Counted from the stretch's first letter, positions 1 through 11,284 are shown. The stretch: 64,000 nt of DNA from Octopus sinensis (GCF_006345805.1 NC_043008.1:66216001-66280000); one strand, 5' to 3'. Notes: a model not told the origin generated them from the letters alone. Numbers and translations are program-made.

Positions 1-198
1 GTCTAAGTTTTACATCGATCTCTCTCAGTCTACTTATTACACAAACATCCCAAATTTACAGGTGTTGTTTGTCCATCTTCCTTCTCTTCCATCATTTCAG
101 AACGATAGCTGAATCATTAACTTCTTTCAGCCATTAACAAGAAATCTGGCTGCCTTCACTTTCATGACAGTAAGTTAAATTAGTAATATCCTTTACCG
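1..198 (+). repeat. Duplicate of 2110-2306 abutting an assembly gap (probable contig-overlap or haplotype artefact)
   Basis: Matches 2110-2306 with one 1-bp indel and one substitution; ends exactly at the N run. Confidence 0.85.
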
Positions 199-298
199 NN
201 NNNNNNNNNNNNNNNNNNNNNNNNNNNNNNNNNNNNNNNNNNNNNNNNNNNNNNNNNNNNNNNNNNNNNNNNNNNNNNNNNNNNNNNNNNNNNNNNNN
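199..298. other. Assembly gap (100 N)
   Basis: Run of N. Confidence 1.
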
Positions 299-1146
299 TA
301 AATAGTATTTACTATTTATTGTACTTTATTGATTTAGGATAAGGCGGGGCCATTCAGAAAGCCAAACGAGCCGCAATTTGCCCATGTCTTTTATAGAGCC
401 GCCTAGTGCAATGATTTACCTGGAGCTTATGATGATGCTCGACTGCAGTGGTGCGACGGAGAATATGTCTTCATTCGTATAAAACTAGGGCAAAATCTAT
501 TCAAAAGTGTTCGATTAAAATTATCTTCCATCATCAAGATTACAAGGCAGAATTTAATGGGCGAGACGAATTCTAGATGCATTTAGCCATGTCATCAACA
601 CGTGCTAGCTCGTCACCATACAAAGTGAGGAATTTCTTTGTAAGTCAGTGGTTTGGCAAAAACAGTGGAGCTTCACTCCTAGTTTTCTTAATACAAACTT
701 TCGCATGACTGACTCTCTCTCTCTCTCTCTCTCGCTCTCCGATCCTCTCCTCTCTCTTCTCTCTCTCTCTCTCACTCTCTCTCCTCTCTCCTCGTTCTAT
801 CTCTCTCTCACTCATTCTCTCTTCTCTCTTCGATCGTTCAATCCCACCCATCAATCGCATAAATGCATACGTATTTAGATCGATAATCGACTAAACGTTT
901 CCCGTATATATATATATATTAAAGGGAAAGGTGGATTATAGGATTAGCTTAGGTTTCCCGTCCAAAAGGTTTGTTTTTACTGGCGAATCGTCAGATCCCA
1001 TAAACCGGCATTCCCCATTTTTATATATATGCTCTACATCTTACAGTGCGCTTCTTCTTTCGGATTTGTTTTTAACAAACGATCCTATTATATGTGTGTG
1101 TGTGTGTGTGTGTGTCTGTATGTATGTATGTATATATTATGTATAG

Positions 1147-1290
1147 TTGAAATTTTATAGAAACCAAAAGCCGAAAACAGGGATATGACCACAAGCAGTG
1201 TATTACTTTGACGCTCAGAAAATGAAAAAAGTCTTTCACGTTTCGAGCCTACGCTCTTCAACAAGAAAGGAATAAGAGAAAAAACAGGGA
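1147..1290 (-). mobile_element. Degenerate copy of the small HHR-like (CUGUNGA) Penelope-like remnant family
   Basis: Minus strand reads ctttcttgttgaagagcgtaggctcgaaacgtgaaagac, homologous to the 2846 and 14604 copies. Confidence 0.65.
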
Positions 1291-1479
1291 ATTTTTAAAA
1301 CTTGTAAATTTAGCGGTAACGATTCTGCCAGCTCGCTGCTCTAATAACAATAATAATCCTTTCTACTCTGGCATGTAGCGAACTTTAGTGAACTTCCTCT
1401 CTCTGTTATATATACACACATACGAACATAGCAGGTAACAGTTAACCTTCGGACGCTGTTTTGGACCCCGTTGTGTCTA

Positions 1480-1715
1480 CCACTCTGATTGGTTGGTATG
1501 GGCGCAATTTGTCTCTTACTCTATCGCGCGCCAATATGCAACTCAACCAATCGCAGCCTCCAAATAAATCATGTGAGACAGTCTGTTCTAAACTACATTT
1601 GAGCCTACCGTTAGCTATAAAAACTCACTTCCTCCTAGTCTCGAGGTCTGTTGGTTCCAGACCTTCTGAGGTCTAACCACTGACCACATTACAGCGACCT
1701 CCATTTTCGTCGCCA
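1480..1715 (+). promoter_or_regulatory. Candidate Pol II promoter (three CCAAT boxes, E-box, TATA)
   Basis: ATTGG 1488-1492, CCAAT 1531-1535 and 1547-1551, TCATGTGA 1569-1576, TATAAAA 1616-1622, YY1-like CCATTTT 1701-1707; locally CpG-richer non-repetitive sequence. Confidence 0.5.
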
Positions 1716-2170
1716 CCATCATGTCTCTCACCAACATCATCTCTTTTCTCTCTCCCTCTCTCCCTTACCAAATCGCTTTCATTTCTCAATACCATTGTTA
1801 AAAGCATTTTATCTACTTACAAAGCCACATACAATGCTTCACCTAAGCTACCATTGTTCAAAATAAGACATTTCTTACTTTGAAAAGTTTATTTATTCCG
1901 AAAAATAATCAAAAACACAATTCGCCATTCATAAATATCTCTTCAGACAGCTTAACAATAGTTATTCGTTTTAGATTTTTTTTTCTTTTTTAGTCGCTGT
2001 ACTTTTCATAAATTACTTTTTAGATAAGAAATATCACCAATCTATCAATCTATTTAGCTAACAAGTAAACTATCCATTTACCTGTCTATTTATATCTATC
2101 TGCCTGACTGTCTAAGTTTTACATCGATCTCTCTCAGTCTACTTATTACACAAACATCCCAAATTTACAG

Positions 2171-2277
2171 GTGTTGTTTGTCCATCTTCCTTCTCTTCCA
2201 TCATTTCAGAACGATAGCTGAATCATTAACTTCTTTCAGCCATTAACAAGAAATCTGCTGCCTTCACTTTCATGAAA
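2171..2277 (+). other. Candidate non-coding (5' UTR or lncRNA) exon
   Basis: tttacag|G acceptor at 2170/2171 and strong aaa|GTAAGTT donor at 2278, downstream of the candidate promoter. Confidence 0.35.
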
Positions 2278-2697
2278 GTAAGTTAAATTAGTAATATCCT
2301 TTACCGATTCCCTGTATCAACTATCAACTATCCGATACAGATTTTTATTTCAATTCTTTATCAGATTTGCAATCGTCATGTCGACAAATAAAATACAAGA
2401 GCCAAGCCAAAAATGTGGCATTTATCTCCCAACCACATGATCAGCTGTATACTGTTGTCATTAGAGTTGGGAATCCTTTACATGTAATGATATTCTTGTT
2501 CATAGTCAATTGACCACATCAAGAGAATGTCGCAGGCGTTCCAATTATGAAAATATTACATTCTCAAAAACATCCACACACTGCTCGATTGTCAAAATGT
2601 AATCGAGGAATGTTGTATATAATCTTGTATATAAAATTCCATATATAATGTATAGATTATACTTATAAAGTTATATTTATATATATATTCATATATA

Positions 2698-2746
<49 letters not shown>

Positions 2747-2772
2747 ACATATATATATATTATATATATATC

Positions 2773-2803
<31 letters not shown>

Positions 2804-2845
2804 ATATATATATTATCTATATTATTATATATATATATATATATA

Positions 2846-2994
2846 TTCTGAGTTCCTTTCTGTGGAAGACCGTAGGCTCGAAACGTTAAAGACTTTTCAC
2901 TTCCCGAGCGTTATACTAATACTAATACATCTGTTTGTTGTCTACACCACCGGTCTTCGTCTTTTGTTTTTGTTTTTCTTTTTGGTGAATTCTC
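2846..2994 (+). mobile_element. Small Penelope-like remnant with HHR-like motif (CUGUGGA core), in (TA)n
   Basis: cttt-CTGTGGA-a-gacc-gtag-gctc-GAAA-cgtt-aaag at 2856-2891; both flanks are (TA)n. Confidence 0.7.
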
Positions 2995-3021
2995 TATATA
3001 TATATATACATATATACTTAC

Positions 3022-3061
<40 letters not shown>

Positions 3062-3088
3062 ATATTATATATATGTATAATATATATA

Positions 3089-3136
<48 letters not shown>

Positions 3137-3253
3137 TATATATATATATTATATATATATATATATTAATAACAGGTTGATTTCAGCTCTCAGTTGTATA
3201 GAGCTAGATAGAGAATAGATACGTACATACATACATACATGAATATATATATG

Positions 3254-3285
<32 letters not shown>

Positions 3286-3324
3286 GATATATATATGTAT
3301 GTACATATACATGCATACATAAAT

Positions 3325-3388
<64 letters not shown>

Positions 3389-3410
3389 TAGATTAGATAG
3401 ATAGATAGAT
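3325..3410. repeat. (GATA)n microsatellite
   Basis: Direct observation. Confidence 0.95.
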
Positions 3411-3575
3411 GATGGGTTTCCACAGTTTCCGTCCATCAAACTCACACACAAGGCATTGGTCCACGCTCTGAGATATACGTGCCGTTTTAGTAAGAACTGA
3501 ACCCGAACCCGAACCCGAACCCGAACCCGAAACCACATGGTTGCTGAGTGAGCTTCTTAACCACAGAGCTATGCC
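3410..3575 (-). mobile_element. Degenerate CORE-type tRNA-SINE 5' part with (GAACCC)5 expansion at the B box
   Basis: ccacatggtt...cttaaccacagagc head homology; gaaccc x5 at 3499-3528. Confidence 0.6.
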
Positions 3576-3834
3576 TAAAAAAAAAATTATGCATTGAGAG
3601 AGTGTAAAAAAAACAACAAAACACAAAATACAAAGAGAAACAAATACGTAGCATACTTAAGAAATACACGATGGTTTGCAAACCAGATGACAATAATGTA
3701 GTGAAAGATCTTAAATGAAAACATATGATTATAGCATCTGTTAAACTTGTTTCCATTCCAACGTCTTAAAAAAATATTCTGCTAATAAGAAATTAAGAGG
3801 CTGTTTGGTTTTTACATCTTTCGTTTACTTTATT

Positions 3835-3951
3835 TTATTTTATTATTATTATTACTACTATTATTATTATTAATTATTATTATTATTATGCTTATTAGTA
3901 TTTATTTTATTATTATATTATTATTATTGTTTACTATTATTATTATTATTA

Positions 3952-4003
<52 letters not shown>

Positions 4004-4008
4004 GTTAC

Positions 4009-4080
<72 letters not shown>

Positions 4081-4086
4081 TGTTAC

Positions 4087-4117
<31 letters not shown>

Positions 4118-4164
4118 GATTATTATTATTATTCTTTATTATATTATTATATTGTTGTTGTTAC

Positions 4165-4199
<35 letters not shown>

Positions 4200-4215
4200 T
4201 TATTATTATTAGTAC
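3835..4215. repeat. (ATT)n microsatellite
   Basis: Direct observation; source of the poly-Leu/Tyr ORF 3888-4271. Confidence 0.95.
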
Positions 4216-4547
4216 TTATCTTTGGAATTTTTTTTTTTTTTGTTTTCTTTCGTCTCCTTTTTGGTTTTTGACTTCGCTTTCGCTCTCTGTCGTTTTTTGT
4301 TTGCATTTTTTTGTTGCTGTTGCTTTGTTTGAGCAGAATGTGTGAATGTTGAATTGCCAGCCATTGCCTTGGGCTTATGTGTATGAATGTAATATATATA
4401 TATATCTATATAACACACACACATATATTATATATATATATAATATACACATACCACACACACACATTATATATCATATATATATATATATATATACACA
4501 TACACACACCACACTCACACACCAACACACACACATTATATATATAT

Positions 4548-4940
4548 AGGCGCAGGCGTGGCTGTGTGGTAAGTAGCTTGCTTACCAACCACATGGTTCC
4601 GGGTTCAGTCCCACTGCGTTTGCACCTTGTGGCAACTGTCTTCTACTTTAACCTCGCTCGGGCCGACCAAAGCCCTTGTGAGTGGATTTGGTAGACGGAA
4701 ACGTGAAAGACGCCGTCGTATATACGCGGTGTGTGTGTGTTTTTGTGTTTGTGTGTGTGGTGTGTTGTGGTGTTGTGGTGGTCCACCATCGCTTGACAAA
4801 CAATGGCTGGGGTGTTTACGTTCCCTGTAACTTAGCGGTTCGGCTGAGAGACCGATAGAATCAGCATATCTTACAAAGAATAAGTTATGGGGTCGATTTG
4901 TTCGACTAAATACCCAATGGCCATGACTGAAACAAATAAA
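4548..4940 (+). mobile_element. tRNA-derived CORE-type SINE (family A), full length
   Basis: A box TGGCTGTGTGG, B box GGTTCAGTCCC, CORE-like gcaccttgggcaagtgtc segment (degenerate here), central (TA/TG)n, tail gactgaaacaaataaaa. Confidence 0.8.
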
Positions 4941-4977
4941 ATATATAATATATAAAAGAATATATATAAATAATTAA

Positions 4978-5013
<36 letters not shown>

Positions 5014-5020
5014 ATATATA

Positions 5021-5350
5021 ACGGGAAGCTTTATGAAAATAAACAAAAGACGACGGCAGGTGGAAAACAAACAACAATTGTATAGTATGCGCTCAGATGA
5101 AATAGAAATAAAACAAGTTCTTTACGTTCGAGCCTACCTCTTCAACGATAAAGATACACAGAATAGAGAAAAACACAGAAAGAAGGATAGAACAAAAATG
5201 CGTGCAGTAGCTAACGAATCAACATGGCGATCTGATTGATTTCGGCCAGAGGTCAAAGTCAAACATGAACGCGACGCGAATAAGGGGAGATAATATGGGT
5301 TGATAAATGGGTGAGGGCCCAGCTAAAAATTGCGTGGGAGGGGTCTGGAT
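5021..5350 (-). mobile_element. Penelope-like remnant of the HHR-variant superfamily (degenerate motif)
   Basis: Minus strand ctttatcgttgaagaggtaggctcgaacgtaaag; shares gatcgccatg...tagctac with the 14604 copy; adjacent to (TA)n. Confidence 0.6.
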
Positions 5351-5389
5351 GTGTGTATGTATAGGGTTGGTGTATGTATTAGTATGTAT

Positions 5390-5424
<35 letters not shown>

Positions 5425-6481
5425 GTATGAGAGAGTATAGTGCGTAAGATGTGGTCGAACAGCGTATGTATGGGGTTGGTGTATGTATAGTATGTAATAT
5501 GTATTAGTACGTATTGGTATGTATAGGTATGTGTGTGTGTGTGTGAAGAGTATAAGTCGTATGGGGGTCTGGACGTGTGTATGTATAGGTTGGTGTAAGT
5601 ATTAGTATGTACTATTATGTATAGTACGTATTAGTATGTATTATTGGGTGTGTATTAGTATGGCACATCATATGTATTTGATGTGTAATCCATGTGGTGT
5701 ATGCGGAGAAGATGGGGAGGGGGAGAGGGGGGATAGGGGAGGGTAAGAAGAGGGGTCGGAGAAGGGGAAGAGTAGAGGAATTGTAGACTGAAATGGGAGG
5801 AGGGGGATGAAGGAGGAAAGAGGGAGAGGTGAGATATATATATATTATTATTAATATCAGGAATCAATATTAGAAAATTCTTCAAAAATATAATACTGTA
5901 TATTAATTAATTGCTGTATTAAAAATATAAATATATTAAAATATATGTAAATATGTATAAGTATAAATATATATAATAATGACATTTTAAAAGTTTCGAA
6001 TTTAGCTCTTAAAGCATTTTACGATCGTTTCTCAATATTTTAATTCTATTTTTCCAAATCTATACTTTCCTTTTTAATTCCATTAGAACAAGACTTCTAC
6101 ACGTATCTTGTTCTAATGCTGTTTCAGAGCCGTAAGGCGTATTGATGTAATTCTCCACACTGAATCTCAGGGGATAATTCACTTTTTTCAGTAATTTCTA
6201 TTTAAAAAACTACAAAGGTTTAAAGTTTGATCCTTTTTTTATCCAGTTAGGAAACAAGATTTGGAAGCTGTCGTATAACCTCTCATAACTTTATTATTTT
6301 TTGGAATTTTTAGAAAATTTTCAGAAATTTTTGCGAATTTGCATTCTACACATGGAAATTCATATGATTATGCAAACCCAAACAAGAATTTTTTTTTCCG
6401 AAGGGTTATTTAGCAATTATTTTTGGCACTTCTCGCGAATACACCATACCTCGTGTTTTAAGCATTTAATAAGGGAAAATA

Positions 6482-7600
6482 AGGCGGCGAGCTGGCAGAA
6501 ACGTTAGCACGCCGGACGAAGTTCGTAGCCCGTATTTCGTCTGCCGTTACGTTCTGAGTTCAAATTCCGCCTAGGTCGACTTTGCCTTTCATCCTTTCGG
6601 GGTCGATAAATTAAGTACCTCCGGGACTGGGGTCGATATAATCGATTTACATCCTTTGTCTGTCCTTGTTTGTCCTCTCTGTGTTTAGCCCTTGTGGGTA
6701 GTAAGGAAATAGGTATTTCGTCTGCTGTTAATTTCTGAGTTCAAATTCCGCCGAGGTCGACTTTGCCTTTCATCCTTTCGGGGTCGATAAATTAAGTACC
6801 AGTTACGAACTGGGGTCGATGTAATCGGCTTAATACCTATGTCAGTCCTTGTTTGTTCCCTCTGTGTTTAGCCCCTTGTGGGTAGTAAAGAAATAGGTAT
6901 TTCGTCTGCTGTTAAGTTCTGAGTTCAAATTCCGCCGAGATCGACTTTGCCTTTCATCCTTTCATGGTCGATAAATTAAGTACCAGTTACGCACTGGGGT
7001 CGATATTATCGACTTAATCCGTTTGTCTGTCCTTGCTTGTCCTATCTGTGTTTATCCCTTTGTGGGTAGTAAATAAATAGAAATAGGTATTTCGTCTGCT
7101 GTTAAGTTCTGAGTTCAAATTCCGCCGAGATCGACTTTGCCTTTCATCCTTTCATGGTCGATAAATTAAGTACTAGTTACGCACTGGGGTCGATATTATC
7201 GACTTAATCCGTTTGTCTGTCCTTGCTTGTCCTATCTGTGTTTATCCCTTTGTGGGTAGTAAATAAATAGAAATAGGTATTTCGTCTGTCTTTACGTTAT
7301 GCGTTCAAATTCCGCTGAGGTCGACTTTGCCTTTCATCCTTTCGGGGTCGATAAATTAAGTACCAGTTACGCACTGGAGTCGATATAATCGACTTAATCC
7401 GTTTCTTTGTCCTTGTTTGTCCCCTCTGTGTTTATCCCCTTGTAGGTAGTAAAGAAATAGGTATTTCGTCTGTCTTTACACTCTGAGTTCAAATTCCGCC
7501 GTGGTAGACTTGACCTTTCATCCTTTCGGAGTCGATAAATTAAGTACCAGTTACACACTGGGGTCGATGTAATCGACTTAATCCCTTTGTCTGTCCTTGT
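6482..7600 (+). mobile_element. Tandem array of a second tRNA-SINE (family B, MetaSINE-like): one head plus six body units
   Basis: Units start at 6532, 6713, 6897, 7087, 7277, 7461 (periods 181-190 bp); only the first is preceded by the ggcggcgagctggcagaa head. Confidence 0.9.
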
Positions 7601-7988
7601 TAGTATATATACATGCATATATGGGTACAGGACACCAAAAAACGTAGAACACAATGAGAAACGAAAACATAAAAACAAAAACATGGAAATGGACTTTTTC
7701 AAACAACGAGAAGGAATATTCCCCTTCTTCAGCTGCCCCTGCTTCGACTACTCCTTGTTTCGAAGGTACACACACATATAAATATACATACATACAGTTA
7801 CAGTATTTCATCCTCTACCTTTACCTTCCTAACTTCTCCTACTAACGCCGTTACCTTGTTGTCTTTCTAAACCATACTCTCCAGATATGATTACCTCTTC
7901 TGCTGCTCTCTCAACCTCCCCTAGTTGAATAGCAACTCTCAGTCATATCACTTTCTGTATCGACGAAATCCATTTCAGTTCATCCCTC

Positions 7989-8219
7989 TTATTTCTTTAT
8001 TGCCCACAAGGGGCTAAACATAGAGGGGACAAACAAGGGCAGACATAGGTATTAAGTCGATTAATCGACCCCAGTGCGCAACTGGTACTTAATTTATCGA
8101 CCCCGAAAGGATGAAAGGCAAAGTCGACCTCGGCGAAATTTGAACTCAGAACGTAACGGCAGACGAAATACCATGAAGCATTTCGCCCGACGTGCTAACG
8201 TTTCTGCCAGCTTGTCACC
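7989..8219 (-). mobile_element. Family B SINE, full length
   Basis: Reverse complement of the 6482 unit including head and tail. Confidence 0.85.
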
Positions 8220-8258
8220 CTTCTTCCTCTTGGAGGGCAAAGTCGACCTCGGCGGAAT

Positions 8259-8278
8259 TTAGGGTTAGGGTTAGGGTT
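8259..8278 (+). repeat. Short interstitial telomeric repeat (TTAGGG)3
   Basis: ttagggttagggttagggtt directly after a 29-bp SINE fragment. Confidence 0.7.
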
Positions 8279-9604
8279 CGTCCCTCTGTGAGATCATCGT
8301 CCACGATTACTTCAACTCGTATTTCTTTTTTTCTCTCTCTCTCTCTCTCTTTTCTTTCTTTTTTATTTATTTGTTCTTACCTGCATCCTATACTGATGCT
8401 GCAGCTGAAGTCTTCTGCCTTGTTACCTGGATTTTGCACGTTTCATCAAGCAACGTAGTTTATTCTAAATTAGAGGTTTGATTAATTTTGAAAATATCCA
8501 AGATAGCACAATAATTTATTCATTTCATTAATTATCCCAGGTAGTATGGTTTCGCTACATGTGTTTCAGGCGATGCGACTCTCTACTTTTTGTAAAAATT
8601 TGAAATTAAATTTTTTATTTACCCAGTTTACAAATCGAAAGTATCTGGTACTTTCGATTTACAGACTGGATAAGTATAAGAGTTTAACGGCTAAATAATT
8701 TCCAGTGCAAATTGGCATACGTTTTATTTCTCTTATTCAAGATACTAAGTGCAGTTTATATTTCAAATTTTTCAGCTTTGTACAAGTTATATCTGCTGCA
8801 TCTACTGGTCCATGGTTTTGGTTTTAAGTCGTGCTCCATTTTGCAGTATTTTCTGGTATCATTAGTGCTTCTGTCTTTGAGGTACTATATGCGTTATGAT
8901 AATGTTTTTCTCATGTATTTGAAAGAATGGTTATGATGTGTATATCGGGTTTTAAAGGTGTTTACTTTTAACCCGATAAATACACTTCTACTTCCTCTGT
9001 TTATATCGCATCATTTCATCTCTATACTGTAGAGCTTTCGATGCGCATTTTGTTTTCCATTCAGAGAAAAATTCCTTACATTTTACAATTGCATTTCGAC
9101 TGAAGTAACTGTGTAACTTTGCTAAACTTTTGGCTGTAATTGAAGATTTGTGAATGCACATTATCGAATTTCTGTAAAATATTTTGAGTGTTTCAAAAAC
9201 AAAAATAGAGAAAATTCTTATTTTGATCTTTTACAATTTACTTGTTTCAGTCTTTGGATGGCAGGCATGCTGGAGCACCGTTTTGAAGGGGCTTTCTTAT
9301 CATCAAATTAATCGACATCATTACTTATTTTTAAACCAAGTACTTATTCTGTCAATCTCTTTTTTTTTTTTTGCTGAATAGCCAAGTGATGGGAGAGTAA
9401 ACAAACCAGCACCAGTTGTTAAGCGGTGGTAGGGAGCAAACACAAGCGCAAAGGCACACTTATATATTTATACATACATACAAACGCGGACACACAAACA
9501 CACAGATATGTATATAATACACTCACACACGCACGCACGCACGCATATATATATATATATATATTTAAAAAGGAGATGTGGAACACGAGTTGTGATATAT
9601 AAAA

Positions 9605-10119
9605 AAAGGAAATGAAGAAAATGCTGACAAAATAATTTAAGTAAGGGAGAGTGTATTTAATTAGGTGAAAGTTCTTTTTTTAAACAAAAAAAGAGAAAAA
9701 TTGGGTTAGAATACAATGTTCATTTTTTGTGAATGATTTCAGTGTATAAGAAAAAAAGTAAAAGTCTTTTACAAAAATCAATCAGAAAGGAACTCTATCT
9801 CACTCAAAATATCTTTTGATAAGCATAACAAATGCGCAACCGGTAAACTCTTACTTTTTTTATTCTACACTGAAATCTGACATTGAACTTTTCCACAAAA
9901 AACTGTATATTACACGCTTTTACTAAATATCTTATCTGAAACAGAACACTGTAAAAGACTCTTACTTTTTTTCTTATACACTGAAATCATTCACAAAAAA
10001 TGAACATTGTATTCTAACCAATTTTTCTCTTTTTTTGTTTTTAAAAAAACAACTTTCACCTAATTAAATACATTCTCCCTTACTTAAATTATTTTGTCAG
10101 CATTTTCTTCATTTCCTTT
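9605..10119. mobile_element. MITE / foldback element with ~170-bp terminal inverted repeats
   Basis: 9605-9773 is the reverse complement of 9950-10119; TA-rich flanks. Confidence 0.85.
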
Positions 10120-10123
10120 ATAG

Positions 10124-10155
<32 letters not shown>

Positions 10156-10157
10156 TA

Positions 10158-10340
10158 TTGTTGTCAATTTTTTTCCTTTTCTTTTAGACTTTCCTCTGTC
10201 TCCTGTTTCTGAAGAAGAGTTTTGCTCGAAACGTAAAACACCCTTTCTGTCCTTCCTTGGGCGTCTTATGAATACTTTGCATGTACTACGTCCTCGCGTT
10301 GTTGTTTTTTCTCGTTGTTTTTTCTCTGTTTTGTTTTTTG
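10158..10340 (+). mobile_element. Small HHR-carrying Penelope-like remnant inserted in (TA)n
   Basis: Bounded on both sides by (TA)n; contains the ribozyme motif at 10204-10240. Confidence 0.65.
10204..10240 (+). ncRNA. Minimal type I hammerhead ribozyme, canonical core
   Basis: tgttt-CTGAAGA-a-gag(ttttg)ctc-GAAA-c-GTA-aaaca: 5-bp stem I, stem II, palindromic AC/GU stem III, GUA site. Confidence 0.8.
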
Positions 10341-10365
10341 TATATATATATATATATATATATAC

Positions 10366-10532
10366 ACACGCTGGGTTTCTTTAAGTTTCCATCTACTAAA
10401 TGCACTCACATGACTTCGTGGTGTCCTGGGGCTATAGTGGAAGACACTTACCCAAGATGTTACAGAGTAGGAATGAACCCAACACTGCATGGTTAGAAAC
10501 CAAGCTTTATACCACACATACACGCCTGCACC
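10366..10532 (-). mobile_element. Family A SINE, 5' half
   Basis: gaagacactta cccaag...gaaccc homology to the family A head and CORE region. Confidence 0.7.
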
Positions 10533-10614
10533 TATAATGCTAATGAAAGATCAAGAGAGAGATTGCGTTTATCTGGAAACGAACTGTGTGTAAAGCTGCA
10601 ACGAAAGAATTTTG

Positions 10615-11018
10615 TGTTTACAAGACTATTAGTCTTTAATAGAGGATTGCAAAGAAGTTGTTTGAAGATCGGTGGCTGTGTAAGGGTTAAATGTAGAAGA
10701 TGAGCAGTAAATATTAAATTGGAAACAATTTTGTTTACAGCAGCGGTAGGTGGTGAATGACGAAATAGGAGGACGAGAAAAGAAACTGTAAACAAACCCC
10801 TTAAAACTGGAAAGAATATTAGATGCAGTGTTAATTTGGTTACGATTCAGCAATAAAGATGTAATTATAGTGAGGGCAAATGCAGATAAAGAGTAATAGA
10901 ATAATATGATGAACGAATGGAATTGTAAACAGGATGAATTGTAAACAAGTTCCGTAGAGCCCAAAGAGATGAAGGCATTGTCTCTATCGTTAAATTCAAA
11001 TTACGATGAACGTAAACA
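10615..11018. promoter_or_regulatory. Candidate enhancer: homotypic forkhead-site cluster
   Basis: GTAAACA/TGTTTAC at 10615, 10732, 10788, 10925, 10941, 11012, plus GTAAATA at 10707. Confidence 0.45.
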
Positions 11019-11079
11019 AACAAACGAAGTTTGCTTTAGAAGCGTTGAGATGTCTTAGAAAGTTAAAGAAGTGATTTTA

Positions 11080-11284
11080 AATTCTCAAACGCGGGATAAT
11101 GCTAATAATACAGACTGAACAGGATAAGCTACCACTGTTTTGCAGAAAAAAATATTGGCGGCCGGCTTTGAGACACGAGTCTCATATGAGTCTCAGAGCT
11201 GGCCGCCAATACTTTTTTCTGCAAAATAGGGGTAGCTTATCCTGTTCAGGCTATATTATTAGCATTATCCTGTATTTGAGAATT
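11080..11284. mobile_element. Palindromic MITE (~95-bp arms)
   Basis: aattctcaaac...ggataatgctaataata...gagac mirrored by gtctc...tattattagcattatcc...tttgagaatt. Confidence 0.8.

Noticed and set aside
6482-7600. Regular repeats superficially like a CRISPR array (also 45191-46940)
   Set aside because: Whole units are repeated without unique spacers; sequences are SINE/LINE-derived; eukaryotic context
7690-7775. Minus-strand CTGAAGA-a-gggg-aata-ttcc in a TA-associated repeat (family also at about 60410-60510)
   Set aside because: GAAA and stems I/III are absent, so at best a deleted remnant; not called as a ribozyme
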